Counted from the first letter of the stretch, positions 10,523 to 19,812 are shown. The stretch: DNA of 53,009 bases from Nocardioides sp. (GCA_036506675.1 DASXRJ010000059.1:1-53009); one strand, 5' to 3'. The notes: generated from the sequence alone by a model not told the origin. Program-made: numbers and translations.

Positions 10523-11830
10523 TCAGGAGAGCTGGCCGGCGGCCTGGACGAAGGTATTCCAGGATGCCTCAGGCGAGGTGCCCTCGTCGACGCGCTGGAT
10601 CGCGGTCTGGAAGAGGCCGAGGAGGTCGGAGTACTTGTCGCCCTTGTAAGGCAGGTCGGGCTGCACCGCCGCCGCCCGGTTCGCGAGGATCTCCGCGGTC
10701 GGGGCGTTGTTGAAGTAGGCGTCGTCGCCTCCCGTCTGCGACAGCTGCTGCTCGGCGGCGAGGTTGGACGGGTAGGCGCCCGCGGCCTGGAAGGCGCCGA
10801 CCTGCTGGGCCGTGTCGGTCAGCCAGCTCGCGAACTGCTTGGCCTCCTCCTGATGCTTCGACTGCGTGGGTACGGCGAGGAAGGAGCCGCCCCAGTTGCC
10901 GCCGCCGCCCGGGAAGGCGTCGGCGATGTCCCAGCCCTTGACCTTCGGCGCCGCGGACTTGATGTAGGCGAACATCCAGCCCGGGCACGGGATCGTCGCG
11001 AAGCCGTCGTTGGTGAAGTTGGCCTGCCAGTCGTCGCTCCACTGGACGACCTTGGTGGACAGGTCGAGGTGGCGGTTCACCGCCTCGTAGACGGCCTTGA
11101 GCTCGGCGTTGTCGACGTCGACCTCGTTGTCGGCGGTCTGGAAGGGGTACGTCGCCTGGTTCAGCATCGCCTGGGCGATCGAGCCGCTGGCGTCGTACCA
11201 CTTCGAGCCCGGGACCTTGTCGACGTACTCCTTGCCGTAGGCGAAGTAGTGGTCCCAGGTGTCGAACATCTTCGCCACCTGCGCGCGATCGGTGGGGAAG
11301 CCGGCCTTCTCGAAGAGGTCGGCGCGGTAGCAGATCGCCTCCGGGCCGGCGTCGGTCGGATAGCCGATCTGCTTGCCGTCGGCCGTCTGACCGGCCTGGT
11401 ACTTGTAGGCGATCCAGCGGTCGTCGAGCGAGGCGTCCTTCAGGTCGACGAACTGGTCGGAGGCGCCGGGCGCGAGGAACTGCGGCATCGAGTCGCCCTC
11501 GATCGCGACGATGTCGGTGAGCCCGGTGCCGGCCTGCACGTCCGCGGTGAGGGTCTGCTTCCAGGTGTCCCACTGGGCGATCTTGGTCTGCTTGACCTGG
11601 AACGGGCTGTCCGGGTCGGCGTTCCACTGCGCGATCAGGTCGTCGTAGCCGAACTCGCCGAACGTGGTGATCGTGAGGGTGTCCGTCTTGCCGAGCGACT
11701 CCTGCGACGACTTGGGGTCACTGCCGCCGCAGGCTGCCGTCAGCCCGGTGACGAGGGTGACGACAGCGCCAAGGGCGAGCCCCCGGCGCCAGGAGGATCG
11801 GTTGGAGGACCGGGGAGATAGATTGCGCAC
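10523..11830 (-). CDS. Cellobiose/cello-oligosaccharide ABC solute-binding lipoprotein (CebE-like)
   Basis: Lipobox 'LTAAC'; 'GGGNWGGSFL'; GTG 11830 follows GGAG (alternative ATG 11848). Confidence 0.9.
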   Translation of the reverse strand: MRNLSPRSSNRSSWRRGLALGAVVTLVTGLTAACGGSDPKSSQESLGKTDTLTITTFGEFGYDDLIAQWNADPDSPFQVKQTKIAQWDTWKQTLTADVQAGTGLTDIVAIEGDSMPQFLAPGASDQFVDLKDASLDDRWIAYKYQAGQTADGKQIGYPTDAGPEAICYRADLFEKAGFPTDRAQVAKMFDTWDHYFAYGKEYVDKVPGSKWYDASGSIAQAMLNQATYPFQTADNEVDVDNAELKAVYEAVNRHLDLSTKVVQWSDDWQANFTNDGFATIPCPGWMFAYIKSAAPKVKGWDIADAFPGGGGNWGGSFLAVPTQSKHQEEAKQFASWLTDTAQQVGAFQAAGAYPSNLAAEQQLSQTGGDDAYFNNAPTAEILANRAAAVQPDLPYKGDKYSDLLGLFQTAIQRVDEGTSPEASWNTFVQAAGQLS

Positions 11831-11873
11831 CTTTGACACTCCTGCCATGTAGTTCGTCGATGTGGTGTGGTGG

Positions 11874-11887
11874 TGAGAGCGCTCCCA
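11874..11887. promoter_or_regulatory. CebR/CelR box
   Basis: TGAGAGCGCTCCCA, one mismatch to the known TGGGAGCGCTCCCA. Confidence 0.85.
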
Positions 11888-11963
11888 CTTTCACGACGGA
11901 TCTCAGCATGACGTACGTCACATATGGTGTCAATGGTATGCGGCAGTGGGTGTGTAACGGCGG

Positions 11964-11977
11964 TGGGAGCGCTTCCA
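11964..11977. promoter_or_regulatory. Second CebR/CelR box
   Basis: TGGGAGCGCTTCCA, one mismatch. Confidence 0.85.
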
Positions 11978-12042
11978 CGTTTGACGGTTGGGCGGCTCCG
12001 GGCGCCGGTGACAAGGTTGGGGACCCGGAGCATCATGGAAGC

Positions 12043-12291
12043 GTGCCGCCGGCTGCACCGCTCCAGCGCACCGGGGAGGTTTTCCTCGACGCCCGGTCTG
12101 GCAGTCGTGCGCTTCGAGTCACCTGGCACCACGAGTCCGAGGTCGTCGTACTCTCCCTGTGGCGTGACAACCTGTGCACCGCGACCTTCCGGCTGGCCGT
12201 GGACGAGGTACCCGCCCTGATCGAGGTGCTTCGCTCCGGCCTCGACGCGGCGTACGACGCGCACCGGCCCGCCCCGCGCGCGGCCGGCTGA
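12043..12291 (+). CDS. Small conserved actinobacterial hypothetical protein
   Basis: 'GEVFLDAR..RALRVTWH..VVVLSLWR..CTATFRL'; leaderless GTG 6 nt after CATCAT. Confidence 0.7.
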   Translation: MPPAAPLQRTGEVFLDARSGSRALRVTWHHESEVVVLSLWRDNLCTATFRLAVDEVPALIEVLRSGLDAAYDAHRPAPRAAG

Positions 12292-12300
12292 GGGCTAACT

Positions 12301-12377
12301 TCGCCACCTCGCGGGGCCAAACTCGCCACCTCGCGGGGCCAAACTCGCCACTTCGCGGGGCCAAACTCGCCACTTCG
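12301..12377. repeat. 22-bp tandem repeat x3.5 (TCGCCACYTCGCGGGGCCAAAC)
   Basis: Units start at 12301, 12323, 12345 and 12367 (partial). Confidence 0.95.
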
Positions 12378-12397
12378 TGGGTCGTTAGACTGCGGGC

Positions 12398-13264
12398 GTG
12401 CCCGAACTGCCCGAGGTGGAGGCCCTCGCACATGACCTGCGCGCGAGGTTGGCCGAGCGCGCGATCGTGCGGGTCGACATTGCGGCGTTCAGCGCGCTGA
12501 AGACCTTCGACCCGCCGCTGTCGGCGGTGGAGGGCACCTTCGTGGAGGACGTGACCAGGCACGGCAAGTTCCTCGACATCTCGACCGGCGGCCTGCACCT
12601 GATCCTGCATCTGGCCCGCGCGGGCTGGGTGCGCTGGCGCGACGAGGTGCCGAAGCTCCCGCCCAAGCCGAGCACCAAGTCACCGCTGGCGGCCCGCGTC
12701 GTACTCGACAACGACAGCGGGCTCGACATCACCGAGGCCGGCACCAAGAAGTCGCTCGCGCTGTACGTCGTCCGCCGGCCCAGCGACGTCGAGGGCATCG
12801 CCCGGCTCGGGCCGGACCCGCTGTCCGACGACTTCACGCCCGAGGCGCTCGGCAAGATCCTGGACGACGCCGGCCGGGCGCAGATCAAGGGCGTGCTCCG
12901 TCACCAGGGCACGATCGCGGGCATCGGCAACGCCTACAGCGACGAGATCCTGCACGCGGCGAAGATGAGCCCGTTCAAGCCGGCGTCGTCGATGACCGTC
13001 GAGGAGCGGCAGTTCCTCTACGACAAGATCCGCGAGACGCTCGGCGACGCCGTACGACGGAGCGAGGGGCTGGCGGCCAGCGAGCTGAAGGGCGAGAAGA
13101 AGTCGAACCTCGCCGTACACGGGCGAACGGGGCAGAAGTGTCCGGTCTGTGGCGATACGGTCCGCGAGGTGTCGTTCGCCGACTCGAGCCTGCAGTACTG
13201 CCCCACCTGCCAGACCGGCGGCAAGCCGCTCGCCGATCGCAGGATGAGCAAGCTGCTCAAGTAA
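12398..13264 (+). CDS. Fpg/Nei-family DNA glycosylase (MutM2-type)
   Basis: N-terminal 'PELPEV', H2TH 'GIGNAYSDEIL', Zn finger CPVC...CPTC. Confidence 0.95.
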   Translation: MPELPEVEALAHDLRARLAERAIVRVDIAAFSALKTFDPPLSAVEGTFVEDVTRHGKFLDISTGGLHLILHLARAGWVRWRDEVPKLPPKPSTKSPLAARVVLDNDSGLDITEAGTKKSLALYVVRRPSDVEGIARLGPDPLSDDFTPEALGKILDDAGRAQIKGVLRHQGTIAGIGNAYSDEILHAAKMSPFKPASSMTVEERQFLYDKIRETLGDAVRRSEGLAASELKGEKKSNLAVHGRTGQKCPVCGDTVREVSFADSSLQYCPTCQTGGKPLADRRMSKLLK

Positions 13265-13274
13265 CCTCTGGCGC

Positions 13275-13607
13275 ATGCAGATCCCCACCGTCACCATCGA
13301 AGGCGTCCCGGACCCGCTGCCCGACGGCCTGCACATCCTCGACGTCCGCGAGCCCGTCGAGTGGACCTATGGCCACATCGAGGGCGCGCAGCATATCCCG
13401 CTCGGCGAGCTCGCCCAGCGCCTCGACGAGGTGCCGGCAAGCCAGACGCTGGTGGTGTGCAAGGTGGGCGGTCGCTCGGCCCGCGCCGTCGCGTGGCTCG
13501 GTCAGCAGGGTCGCGAGGCGGTCAACCTCGACGGCGGGATGCTCGACTGGGCGTCCGCCGGCCGGCCGATGGTGAGCGAGACCGGCGCGCCGCCCCAGGT
13601 CGTCTGA
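13275..13607 (+). CDS. Single-domain rhodanese
   Basis: 'LDVRE..EW..GHIEGA', 'CKVGGRS', 'LDGGM..W'. Confidence 0.92.
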   Translation: MQIPTVTIEGVPDPLPDGLHILDVREPVEWTYGHIEGAQHIPLGELAQRLDEVPASQTLVVCKVGGRSARAVAWLGQQGREAVNLDGGMLDWASAGRPMVSETGAPPQVV

Positions 13608-13644
13608 GTCCAGACCGACAGGGGCGGCGTCGTACGTCGTCCGG

Positions 13645-14073
13645 TCAGCTGGGGTCCGGGAGGCTCGGCATCGACATGTCCGGCATCTCGGGCATCTGCT
13701 CCTCCATCTGCTCCTTCAGCTGGTCGGCGCACTTCTCCGATGCGTAGCTGAGGAACGCGTCGACGTCGTCCTTGTCGTCGTCGCTGAGGTCGTCGTACTC
13801 CTTCTGCTTGTCCTCGTCGGACATGTCGCCGTCGTCCTTCTTGGCGAGCTTGATGATCACCTCGAAGCCGTGCCGGGCGTCGTCGGGCATGTCCTTGGGG
13901 GTGCCGACGTCCTCGAGCCGCTTGGCCGCGTCCTCGCCCGACTCGTTGTCCTCGCTGTGGGTGTACTCCTGGCAGAAGTCGTCGACCGAGGCGTCCTTGG
14001 GGGCGCTGCCGCCGCAGGCGGCGGTGGTGCCCGCGACCAGCATCATGGTCGCGGTCAGGATGGTCTTCTTCAC
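13645..14073 (-). CDS. Acidic lipoprotein, paralog 3
   Basis: 'TAACGG.APKDASVDDFC', 'GTPKDMPDDARHGFE'. Confidence 0.85.
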   Translation of the reverse strand: MKKTILTATMMLVAGTTAACGGSAPKDASVDDFCQEYTHSEDNESGEDAAKRLEDVGTPKDMPDDARHGFEVIIKLAKKDDGDMSDEDKQKEYDDLSDDDKDDVDAFLSYASEKCADQLKEQMEEQMPEMPDMSMPSLPDPS

Positions 14074-14112
14074 GTTGCTTTTCCTCCGTTGGGTGTGAAA
14101 TCTCGGGGCCGA

Positions 14113-14511
14113 TCAGCCCGCGGGCGTGGACTCGCCGGGCACGCAGGTCGTGGTGACGTACGTGTTGAACGCGTTGATCCGGCGCTTCTCCTTGGCGGAG
14201 AAGTCCTGGTCGGCGTCGTCGATGTCTTCTCGGGTGGCGTCGTCGTCGATGTCCTTGGCCGTCTCGACGAAAAGCTCGAAGCCGGCGCGGGCGTCCTTGG
14301 GCATGTCCTCAGGGGTGCCGGTGTGGTCCATCCGGTCGGCCAGCCTGTGCAAGTCTTCCGCGTCCTGGACGCGGGTCACCCCGTTGACGGTCTTGCAGAA
14401 GTCCTCCGTCGACGCGTCGGTCGGCGCGCCACCGCAGGCGGTCAGGCCGCCAGCGGTGAGTACGACGGTCGCGGCCAGCATCGCAAGTCTGGTGATGCGC
14501 AGTCTCGTCAT
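14113..14511 (-). CDS. Acidic lipoprotein, paralog 2
   Basis: RBS gagagg; 'LTACGGAPTDASTEDFC', 'GTPEDMPKDARAGFE'. Confidence 0.85.
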   Translation of the reverse strand: MTRLRITRLAMLAATVVLTAGGLTACGGAPTDASTEDFCKTVNGVTRVQDAEDLHRLADRMDHTGTPEDMPKDARAGFELFVETAKDIDDDATREDIDDADQDFSAKEKRRINAFNTYVTTTCVPGESTPAG

Positions 14512-14567
14512 CGGACGTCCTCTCAAGTAGTAGCCGCCCGATTCTCCCTGCTGCCCGGACAAGCGAA

Positions 14568-14600
14568 CGGGGCGGGCGGCCCTGGTGGCCACCCGCCCCG
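14568..14600 (-). terminator. GC-rich hairpin between lipoprotein paralogs 1 and 2
   Basis: Minus strand cggggcgggtggcc-accag-ggccgcccgccccg followed by ttcgctt. Confidence 0.6.
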
Positions 14601-14611
14601 GGCGAGGAAGG

Positions 14612-15001
14612 TCAGTTGCCTTCCATCTGCTCCTTGATCTGGTCCGCACAAGTCTCGGTGACGTACTTGTTGTACGCCTCGATGTTGTCGTTGTCCTTGT
14701 CCGAGAAGTCCTTGTCGGCGTCGTTGAGCTCCTCGTCGGAAGCGTCGTCGTCCAACTTCTTCGCGGTCTTGATGTACAGCTCGAAGCCGTCGCGGGCGTC
14801 GTCGGGAATGTCAGACGGCGTACCCGTCTCGTCCATCTTCTCCGCCCAGTCCTTGATGCCCTTGGCGTCGTCGACGCCCTGGGCGTCGGTTGCCGCCGTA
14901 CAGAAGTCCTCGACGGATGCGTCCTTAGGGGATCCCCCGCAGGCGGCCGCGCCCCCCGCAACGAGCACGAGGCTCACGGCCGTCAGAATTGCCCTCTTCA
15001 T
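14612..15001 (-). CDS. Acidic lipoprotein, paralog 1
   Basis: 'AAACGGSPKDASVEDFC', 'GTPSDIPDDARDGFE'. Confidence 0.85.
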   Translation of the reverse strand: MKRAILTAVSLVLVAGGAAACGGSPKDASVEDFCTAATDAQGVDDAKGIKDWAEKMDETGTPSDIPDDARDGFELYIKTAKKLDDDASDEELNDADKDFSDKDNDNIEAYNKYVTETCADQIKEQMEGN

Positions 15002-15072
15002 CTGTCACTTCCCTGTTCGTTGATATGGAGTGCCGGTCAGACTCTGCCGCATCATGCCCAGATTCTCGACTC

Positions 15073-15750
15073 TCACACTCCGTCGTCGAAGATCGTCGGA
15101 AGCGGCAGTTCCAGGGCGGGCTCCAGGGCACCGAGATACGCCGCCCGCGGCATCTCCACCACGCCAAGGGACCCGAGATGGTCGGTGCGCCACTGGACGT
15201 CGAGCAACCGTGGCCGGCCGTCGCGCAGCAGATTGACCAGACCGACCAGCGCCACCTTCGACGCGTCCCGCGCCCGGTGGAACATCGACTCGCCCGCGAA
15301 GAGGCCACCTATCGCGACGCCGTACAGGCCACCCGCGAGTACGCCGTCGCGCCACGTCTCGACCGAGTGCGCCCAGCCGAGCCGGTGGAGCTCGGCGTAC
15401 GCCGCCGCGACGTCGTCGTCGATCCAGCCCTGCGGCCGGGCGGGGTCGGCGCACGCGTCGACCACCTCGCAGAACGCGGTGTCGACCCGGATCTCGAAGT
15501 CGCGGCACGACCGCCGCAGCGAGCGGGAGACCACCAGCCCGTCCAGCGGGAGTACGCCGCGCGGGTCCGGCGACCACCACAGCAGCTCCCCGTCGCCGCC
15601 GGGCATCGGGAACATCCCGCGCCGGTACGCCGCGAGCAGCGTGCCTGGCGCCAGGTCCGCCCCGAGCGCGACCAGATCCTCCTCACCGCTCCGCGCCAGG
15701 TCACCGACCGACGGGAGGTGCCAGGGGGTGGGAGGCGGCTCGACGGGCAC
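15073..15750 (-). CDS. aat: Leucyl/phenylalanyl-tRNA--protein transferase
   Basis: 'LLAAYRRGMFPM', 'WWSPDPRGV', 'GGLYGV..GGLFAGESMFH', 'DASKVAL'. Confidence 0.95.
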   Translation of the reverse strand: MPVEPPPTPWHLPSVGDLARSGEEDLVALGADLAPGTLLAAYRRGMFPMPGGDGELLWWSPDPRGVLPLDGLVVSRSLRRSCRDFEIRVDTAFCEVVDACADPARPQGWIDDDVAAAYAELHRLGWAHSVETWRDGVLAGGLYGVAIGGLFAGESMFHRARDASKVALVGLVNLLRDGRPRLLDVQWRTDHLGSLGVVEMPRAAYLGALEPALELPLPTIFDDGV

Positions 15751-15783
15751 GGTTCCACGATAGGAGATGCGTAGGATCGCTGC

Positions 15784-16464
15784 ATGAGCCTGAAGAGCAC
15801 CGTCGCGCAGAAGCTCACGCCCCACGTGACCGACCTGGCGCCGGGGCTGACCGACAGCTTCGTGCGCGAGGCCCTGCACCGCGCCATCGTCGGGGTCGGG
15901 CCGCTCCCGGGCGCCGCGCAGGCCGCCGACAAGCAGCTCACCGAGCAGCGCGGCGACGTCAACGCCGCCATCCACGAGATCATCGAGAACCACGTCCGCT
16001 ACGCCGGCGCCCAGGGCTTCGCGACCAACCTCGGCGGGCTGATGACGGCCGCCCTGACCATCCCGGCCAACCTCACCGGCCTGGCGCTCATCGAGTGCCG
16101 GATGATCGCCGGGATCGCCCACCTGCGCGGTCACGACCTGGCCGACCCGCGGGTGCGCAACGCCGTACTCGTCACCATGCTCGGCGAGGACTCCGTGTCC
16201 AAGCTGGTCAAGAAGAAGAAGCTCCCCGCTCCGCCGATGGCGCTCGCCACGGCGCCGGCGTACGACGAGCACCTCGACCGGATCATCTCCGCGGAGGTCG
16301 CGTCCGAGCTGGTCGCCCGGGTCGCCGGCAAGAAGCTGGCGACCATCGTCGGCCGCCGGGTGCCGCTGGTCGGCGGGCTGGTCGGCATGGGCGCCGACGG
16401 CTACGCGACCTGGAAGGTCGGCCGCTACGCCGACCGCGAGCTCCTGCCCCGCGCCCGGCGGTAG
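15784..16464 (+). CDS. EcsC-family protein
   Basis: 'AGAQGFATNLGG..TIPANL', 'RRVPLVGGLVG'. Confidence 0.8.
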   Translation: MSLKSTVAQKLTPHVTDLAPGLTDSFVREALHRAIVGVGPLPGAAQAADKQLTEQRGDVNAAIHEIIENHVRYAGAQGFATNLGGLMTAALTIPANLTGLALIECRMIAGIAHLRGHDLADPRVRNAVLVTMLGEDSVSKLVKKKKLPAPPMALATAPAYDEHLDRIISAEVASELVARVAGKKLATIVGRRVPLVGGLVGMGADGYATWKVGRYADRELLPRARR

Positions 16465-17633
16465 GCGCCCAGCACGCCCTGCCCGAGCCGGCCGTGCTCC
16501 AGCTTGGAGACGGCCTTCTCGCGCAGCTTGTACGACGGTCGCAGGTAGGCCCGGCCGAGCGCTCGGTCGGCCTCCTCGAGCCGGCCGGCCAGGTCGGCCT
16601 CCGCGTCACGCAGCCGGACGTTCTCCAGCAGCAGCGCCCGGATCACGTCGAGGGCGGCGTTGTTGACCAGCCGCTCCCGCGGGTGGTCGGGGTCGAAGAA
16701 GGGCGCACCGGACTCGTCCGGGAGCAGGTCCTCCAGGTCGCCGGCGACGTCGTACCCGCGGGCGCCGAGCTCCTCCACCCAGCCGATCGCGACCGCGGTA
16801 GCCCACGTCCGCACGTCCGGGGGTACGCCGAGTCGCGGCGAGTTGGTCCGCTTGGACAGGGTCTGGTGGGCCAGCAGCTCGCGCACCAGCGGCCGGTAGT
16901 CGGCGGGCTTCACGAAGCCGTTGACCGCCCGGTTGATCCGCCGCAGCAGCGTGGTCTCGGGCGCGCCGAGAGACGGGTTGGCGCGCTCGACCTCGAGGTC
17001 GAGCGGGATGCCCTCCAGCCCGAAGGTGCGCGCGAACCGCTCCCACAGCAGGGTCGGCGCCGAGCCCGGCTTCGGCACCGTGACCACGTGGATCCGCTCG
17101 GGCGGGATGGTGGCGCCCCACCGGTCGAGGATGTCCGGCAGCTCCTGGACCGCCCAGAACCACGACGCCGTACGCGATCTGCGCTGCGGGTCGCGGATCG
17201 CGGTCAGGAACCGGGCGTAGCCGATCGTGCGCCGGTGTTTGACGTTCTCCTGCCACTCGGCCGGGATCTGCCGCACCAGGTCGCGCGCGCTGACGATGAG
17301 GTGGACCTCGGCATCGCCCAGCGAGGCCAGCGCCCGCTCGATCTCCGTGCGCGAGGCGTGGGCCAGGATCTCGTGACTGACGATGGCGGTACCGGGCCAG
17401 CGGCGTACCTCCTCGGCGAGCCGGTCCCAGGCGCCGACCGCCTCGTCCTCGAGCCCGCCCCACGGCAGCCGCATCAGGTCGAGCGCGGCCAGGAAGTGCG
17501 CGTCGAACCGGTCGGCCGGGTAGAGGATGCCGCGGTCGGCGAGCAGCCGACGGTTGCGGAACAGCACGTCCTGGAGGTACGACGTCCCCGTCTTGGGGGT
17601 GCCCACATGCAGCAGCACCCGCTTCGCCTTCAC
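16425..17633 (-). CDS. Sulfotransferase-fold (PAPS-binding loop) protein
   Basis: 'LHVGTPKTGTSYLQ', 'IVSHEIL', 'ARDLVRQIPAEWQE', 'ANPSL'. Confidence 0.8.
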   Translation of the reverse strand: MKAKRVLLHVGTPKTGTSYLQDVLFRNRRLLADRGILYPADRFDAHFLAALDLMRLPWGGLEDEAVGAWDRLAEEVRRWPGTAIVSHEILAHASRTEIERALASLGDAEVHLIVSARDLVRQIPAEWQENVKHRRTIGYARFLTAIRDPQRRSRTASWFWAVQELPDILDRWGATIPPERIHVVTVPKPGSAPTLLWERFARTFGLEGIPLDLEVERANPSLGAPETTLLRRINRAVNGFVKPADYRPLVRELLAHQTLSKRTNSPRLGVPPDVRTWATAVAIGWVEELGARGYDVAGDLEDLLPDESGAPFFDPDHPRERLVNNAALDVIRALLLENVRLRDAEADLAGRLEEADRALGRAYLRPSYKLREKAVSKLEHGRLGQGVLGAYRRARGRSSRSA

Positions 17634-18733
17634 GCCTGGCCCTCCATCGTCGCAACCCGCAGCGTCCGCAACATCACCGTCAGGACCTCGCGGTCGGTCG
17701 GACCGGCGGTCCGGACTGGCTCGGCCGGCAACAGCTGGTCGAGTTCGCCCCCGTGCACAGAGTAGCCAGCGTCCGCCAGACCCGCGCGGATACGTCGGGC
17801 TTCGTGCTCCAGCCACCCCCGATGCCGCCTGGGTACGACGGGCGCCGGCAGCGTCGGGGTGTCCCCGGCCTCCAGCCACGGCAGGAGTACGCCGCGCAGC
17901 CGCTGCTCGCGTTCGACGTCGTTCACGAGCACCCGGAGCACACCCTTGGTGTGGCCGGCCGCGTCGAGCGCGGCGTGGGAGAGCCGGGTCGGGCCGGTCA
18001 GCCCGCGCACGCCGAGCGCCTCGCCGGCGGCCGCGGGAGCCAGCGCCAGGTGAACTCGCGACGCACTCACCCGGTCGGCCCAGGCGCGGGCCCGGGCGAC
18101 CGGGTCGAGCCGCGGCGGCAGCTGGGGGCGCTCGGCGAGCTCGTGGATCCAGTCGTCCCAGGGCGGTGCGAAGGCGCGTCGTACTCGGGCGGCCCAGGTG
18201 TCGGCCAGGTGAGCGCCGAGGTCGCCGAGCAGCATCACGACGGTCGGCCGGGTCCCGCCGGGCGGCCGGCCGTCGCGGATCAGCTGGGCGCGCAGCGCGT
18301 CGGCGGTGAGGCGGTTGCCGGCCAGCCGGTACTCGTGGCGGAACAGCCGCGGCCGGCGGTTGCGCGGCGGCGCCGGCTCGGGAGCGGACACGACCAGATC
18401 GGCGAGTACGCCGGACGCCAGCCGCACCAGCTCGTCGTCGGGCAGGTCGGCCGGGTCGACCGGCGGGGCGCCGTACCGGCTGGTCTCGGCGACGCCGACC
18501 AGCCCGAGCTCCTGCTGGCCGCGACCGGGGGCGCCGGAGGCGAGCACCCGGCGTACCAACGGAGTCGGTGTGGGGCCGGCCAGGTTGAGGCGGCGGAGCA
18601 GCTCGAGGTGCTGTGCCCCCGGGAGTACGCCGGCCTGTGCGGCCGGCCCGGCTTCGGTCCAGTCGGCCCAGGGCGTCGTGCCTCCGGAGGTCAGGTGTGC
18701 CACCCAACCCCAGGCCCGCGCGTGAGCGGTCAT
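17630..18733 (-). CDS. Hypothetical protein; C-terminal half resembles a degenerate version of the flanking sulfotransferase-fold proteins
   Basis: 4-bp overlaps with both neighbours; 'AGYSVHGGELDQLLP' versus 'RGYDVAGDLEDLLP'. Confidence 0.75.
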   Translation of the reverse strand: MTAHARAWGWVAHLTSGGTTPWADWTEAGPAAQAGVLPGAQHLELLRRLNLAGPTPTPLVRRVLASGAPGRGQQELGLVGVAETSRYGAPPVDPADLPDDELVRLASGVLADLVVSAPEPAPPRNRRPRLFRHEYRLAGNRLTADALRAQLIRDGRPPGGTRPTVVMLLGDLGAHLADTWAARVRRAFAPPWDDWIHELAERPQLPPRLDPVARARAWADRVSASRVHLALAPAAAGEALGVRGLTGPTRLSHAALDAAGHTKGVLRVLVNDVEREQRLRGVLLPWLEAGDTPTLPAPVVPRRHRGWLEHEARRIRAGLADAGYSVHGGELDQLLPAEPVRTAGPTDREVLTVMLRTLRVATMEGQA

Positions 18734-19812
18734 CGCCCGCCCAGCCGGCGGCCGAGGCGGCGGCTCACCCGGTGAGTCAGCGGGTCGGGACGGCTGGCCG
18801 CCTCCTTGGTCATCACCTCGAGCGCGTCGAGCGAGGCGCGCAGCAGCGGCCGCGCGGGCACCTTGTCGGGGTCGACCCATCTCGCGTCGGCGGGCGGCCG
18901 GACCGGGATCAGCTCGTCGAGGTCACCGACCACGTCGACGCCGTGTTCCTTGATCCACTCGATCCAGAGCCGGCCCTGCTCCTCGGCCCAGTCGAAGCGG
19001 TTGGGCGGCAGCGTCACCCGGGGCGACTTGCGGCCCGAGAGGCGCTCGCGCGCGAGCAGGCGGAGCACCATGTCGTCGTACTGGCTGTCGCGGCGCATCG
19101 TGCGGCCCATCCGCCGGTTGAGCTTGCGGATCAGCTGGGTCTCGGGGGTGCCGAGGGAGGTGTTGGTGTTCTCGCTGTCGACCGGCGCCCAGGCTGGGTC
19201 GATGCCGAGCGCCTGGCAGACGCGGCGCCAGAGCAGGTCCGGGTCGTCGGCGGTGCGGTGCGGCACGGTCACCACGTGGATCCGCTCCGGCGGCACGTCG
19301 CGACCCCAGGTGTTGAGCACGCTCGGGAGGTCGAAGGCCTTCGCGAACCATGCGTTGCCGCCCTCGGCCGCGTCGAGGAAGTTGCGGAACGGCCACTTCC
19401 GGCCCTGCTTGATGCTCTCCTGCCACGCCGCCGGCAGCTGCCGGCCGAGGTCGCGCACCGAGTAGACCAGGTGTACGTCGACCCCGCGCAGGTCGCTCAT
19501 CACCTTGGCCACCTTGTCGGGGGGTGCCGGCGCCAGGATCTCGTGGCTGATGATCGAGTTGCCGCGATGCCGTCGTACCTTCTTGACCATCGCGTCCCAG
19601 GCACCGTCGGAGTGCCCGGCCGGGCCGCCCCACTTCTGCTCGAGGAGGTCGAGCGCGGCCTGGAAGTGGAAGCGCGACGGGTCGCCGACCCGCCGGCCCG
19701 GGTAGCGCACGCCGTGCTTGGCGAGGGACGAGACGTTCAGCGCCAGGCGGTCCTGGACGTACGTCGTGCCCGTCTTCGGTGCCCCGATGTGCAGGTGGAC
19801 GACGCGAGTCAT
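18730..19812 (-). CDS. Sulfotransferase-fold (PAPS-binding loop) protein
   Basis: 'LHIGAPKTGTTYVQ', 'IISHEIL', 'VRDLGRQLPAAWQE', 'TNTSL'. Confidence 0.8.
   Translation of the reverse strand: MTRVVHLHIGAPKTGTTYVQDRLALNVSSLAKHGVRYPGRRVGDPSRFHFQAALDLLEQKWGGPAGHSDGAWDAMVKKVRRHRGNSIISHEILAPAPPDKVAKVMSDLRGVDVHLVYSVRDLGRQLPAAWQESIKQGRKWPFRNFLDAAEGGNAWFAKAFDLPSVLNTWGRDVPPERIHVVTVPHRTADDPDLLWRRVCQALGIDPAWAPVDSENTNTSLGTPETQLIRKLNRRMGRTMRRDSQYDDMVLRLLARERLSGRKSPRVTLPPNRFDWAEEQGRLWIEWIKEHGVDVVGDLDELIPVRPPADARWVDPDKVPARPLLRASLDALEVMTKEAASRPDPLTHRVSRRLGRRLGGR

Noticed and set aside
11833-12042. N-terminal extension of the 152-aa ORF
   Set aside because: It overlaps the ceb promoter and CebR boxes; the conserved-looking part starts at GTG 12043.
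12301-12377. CRISPR array
   Set aside because: The units are head-to-tail with no unique spacers, and there are no cas genes.
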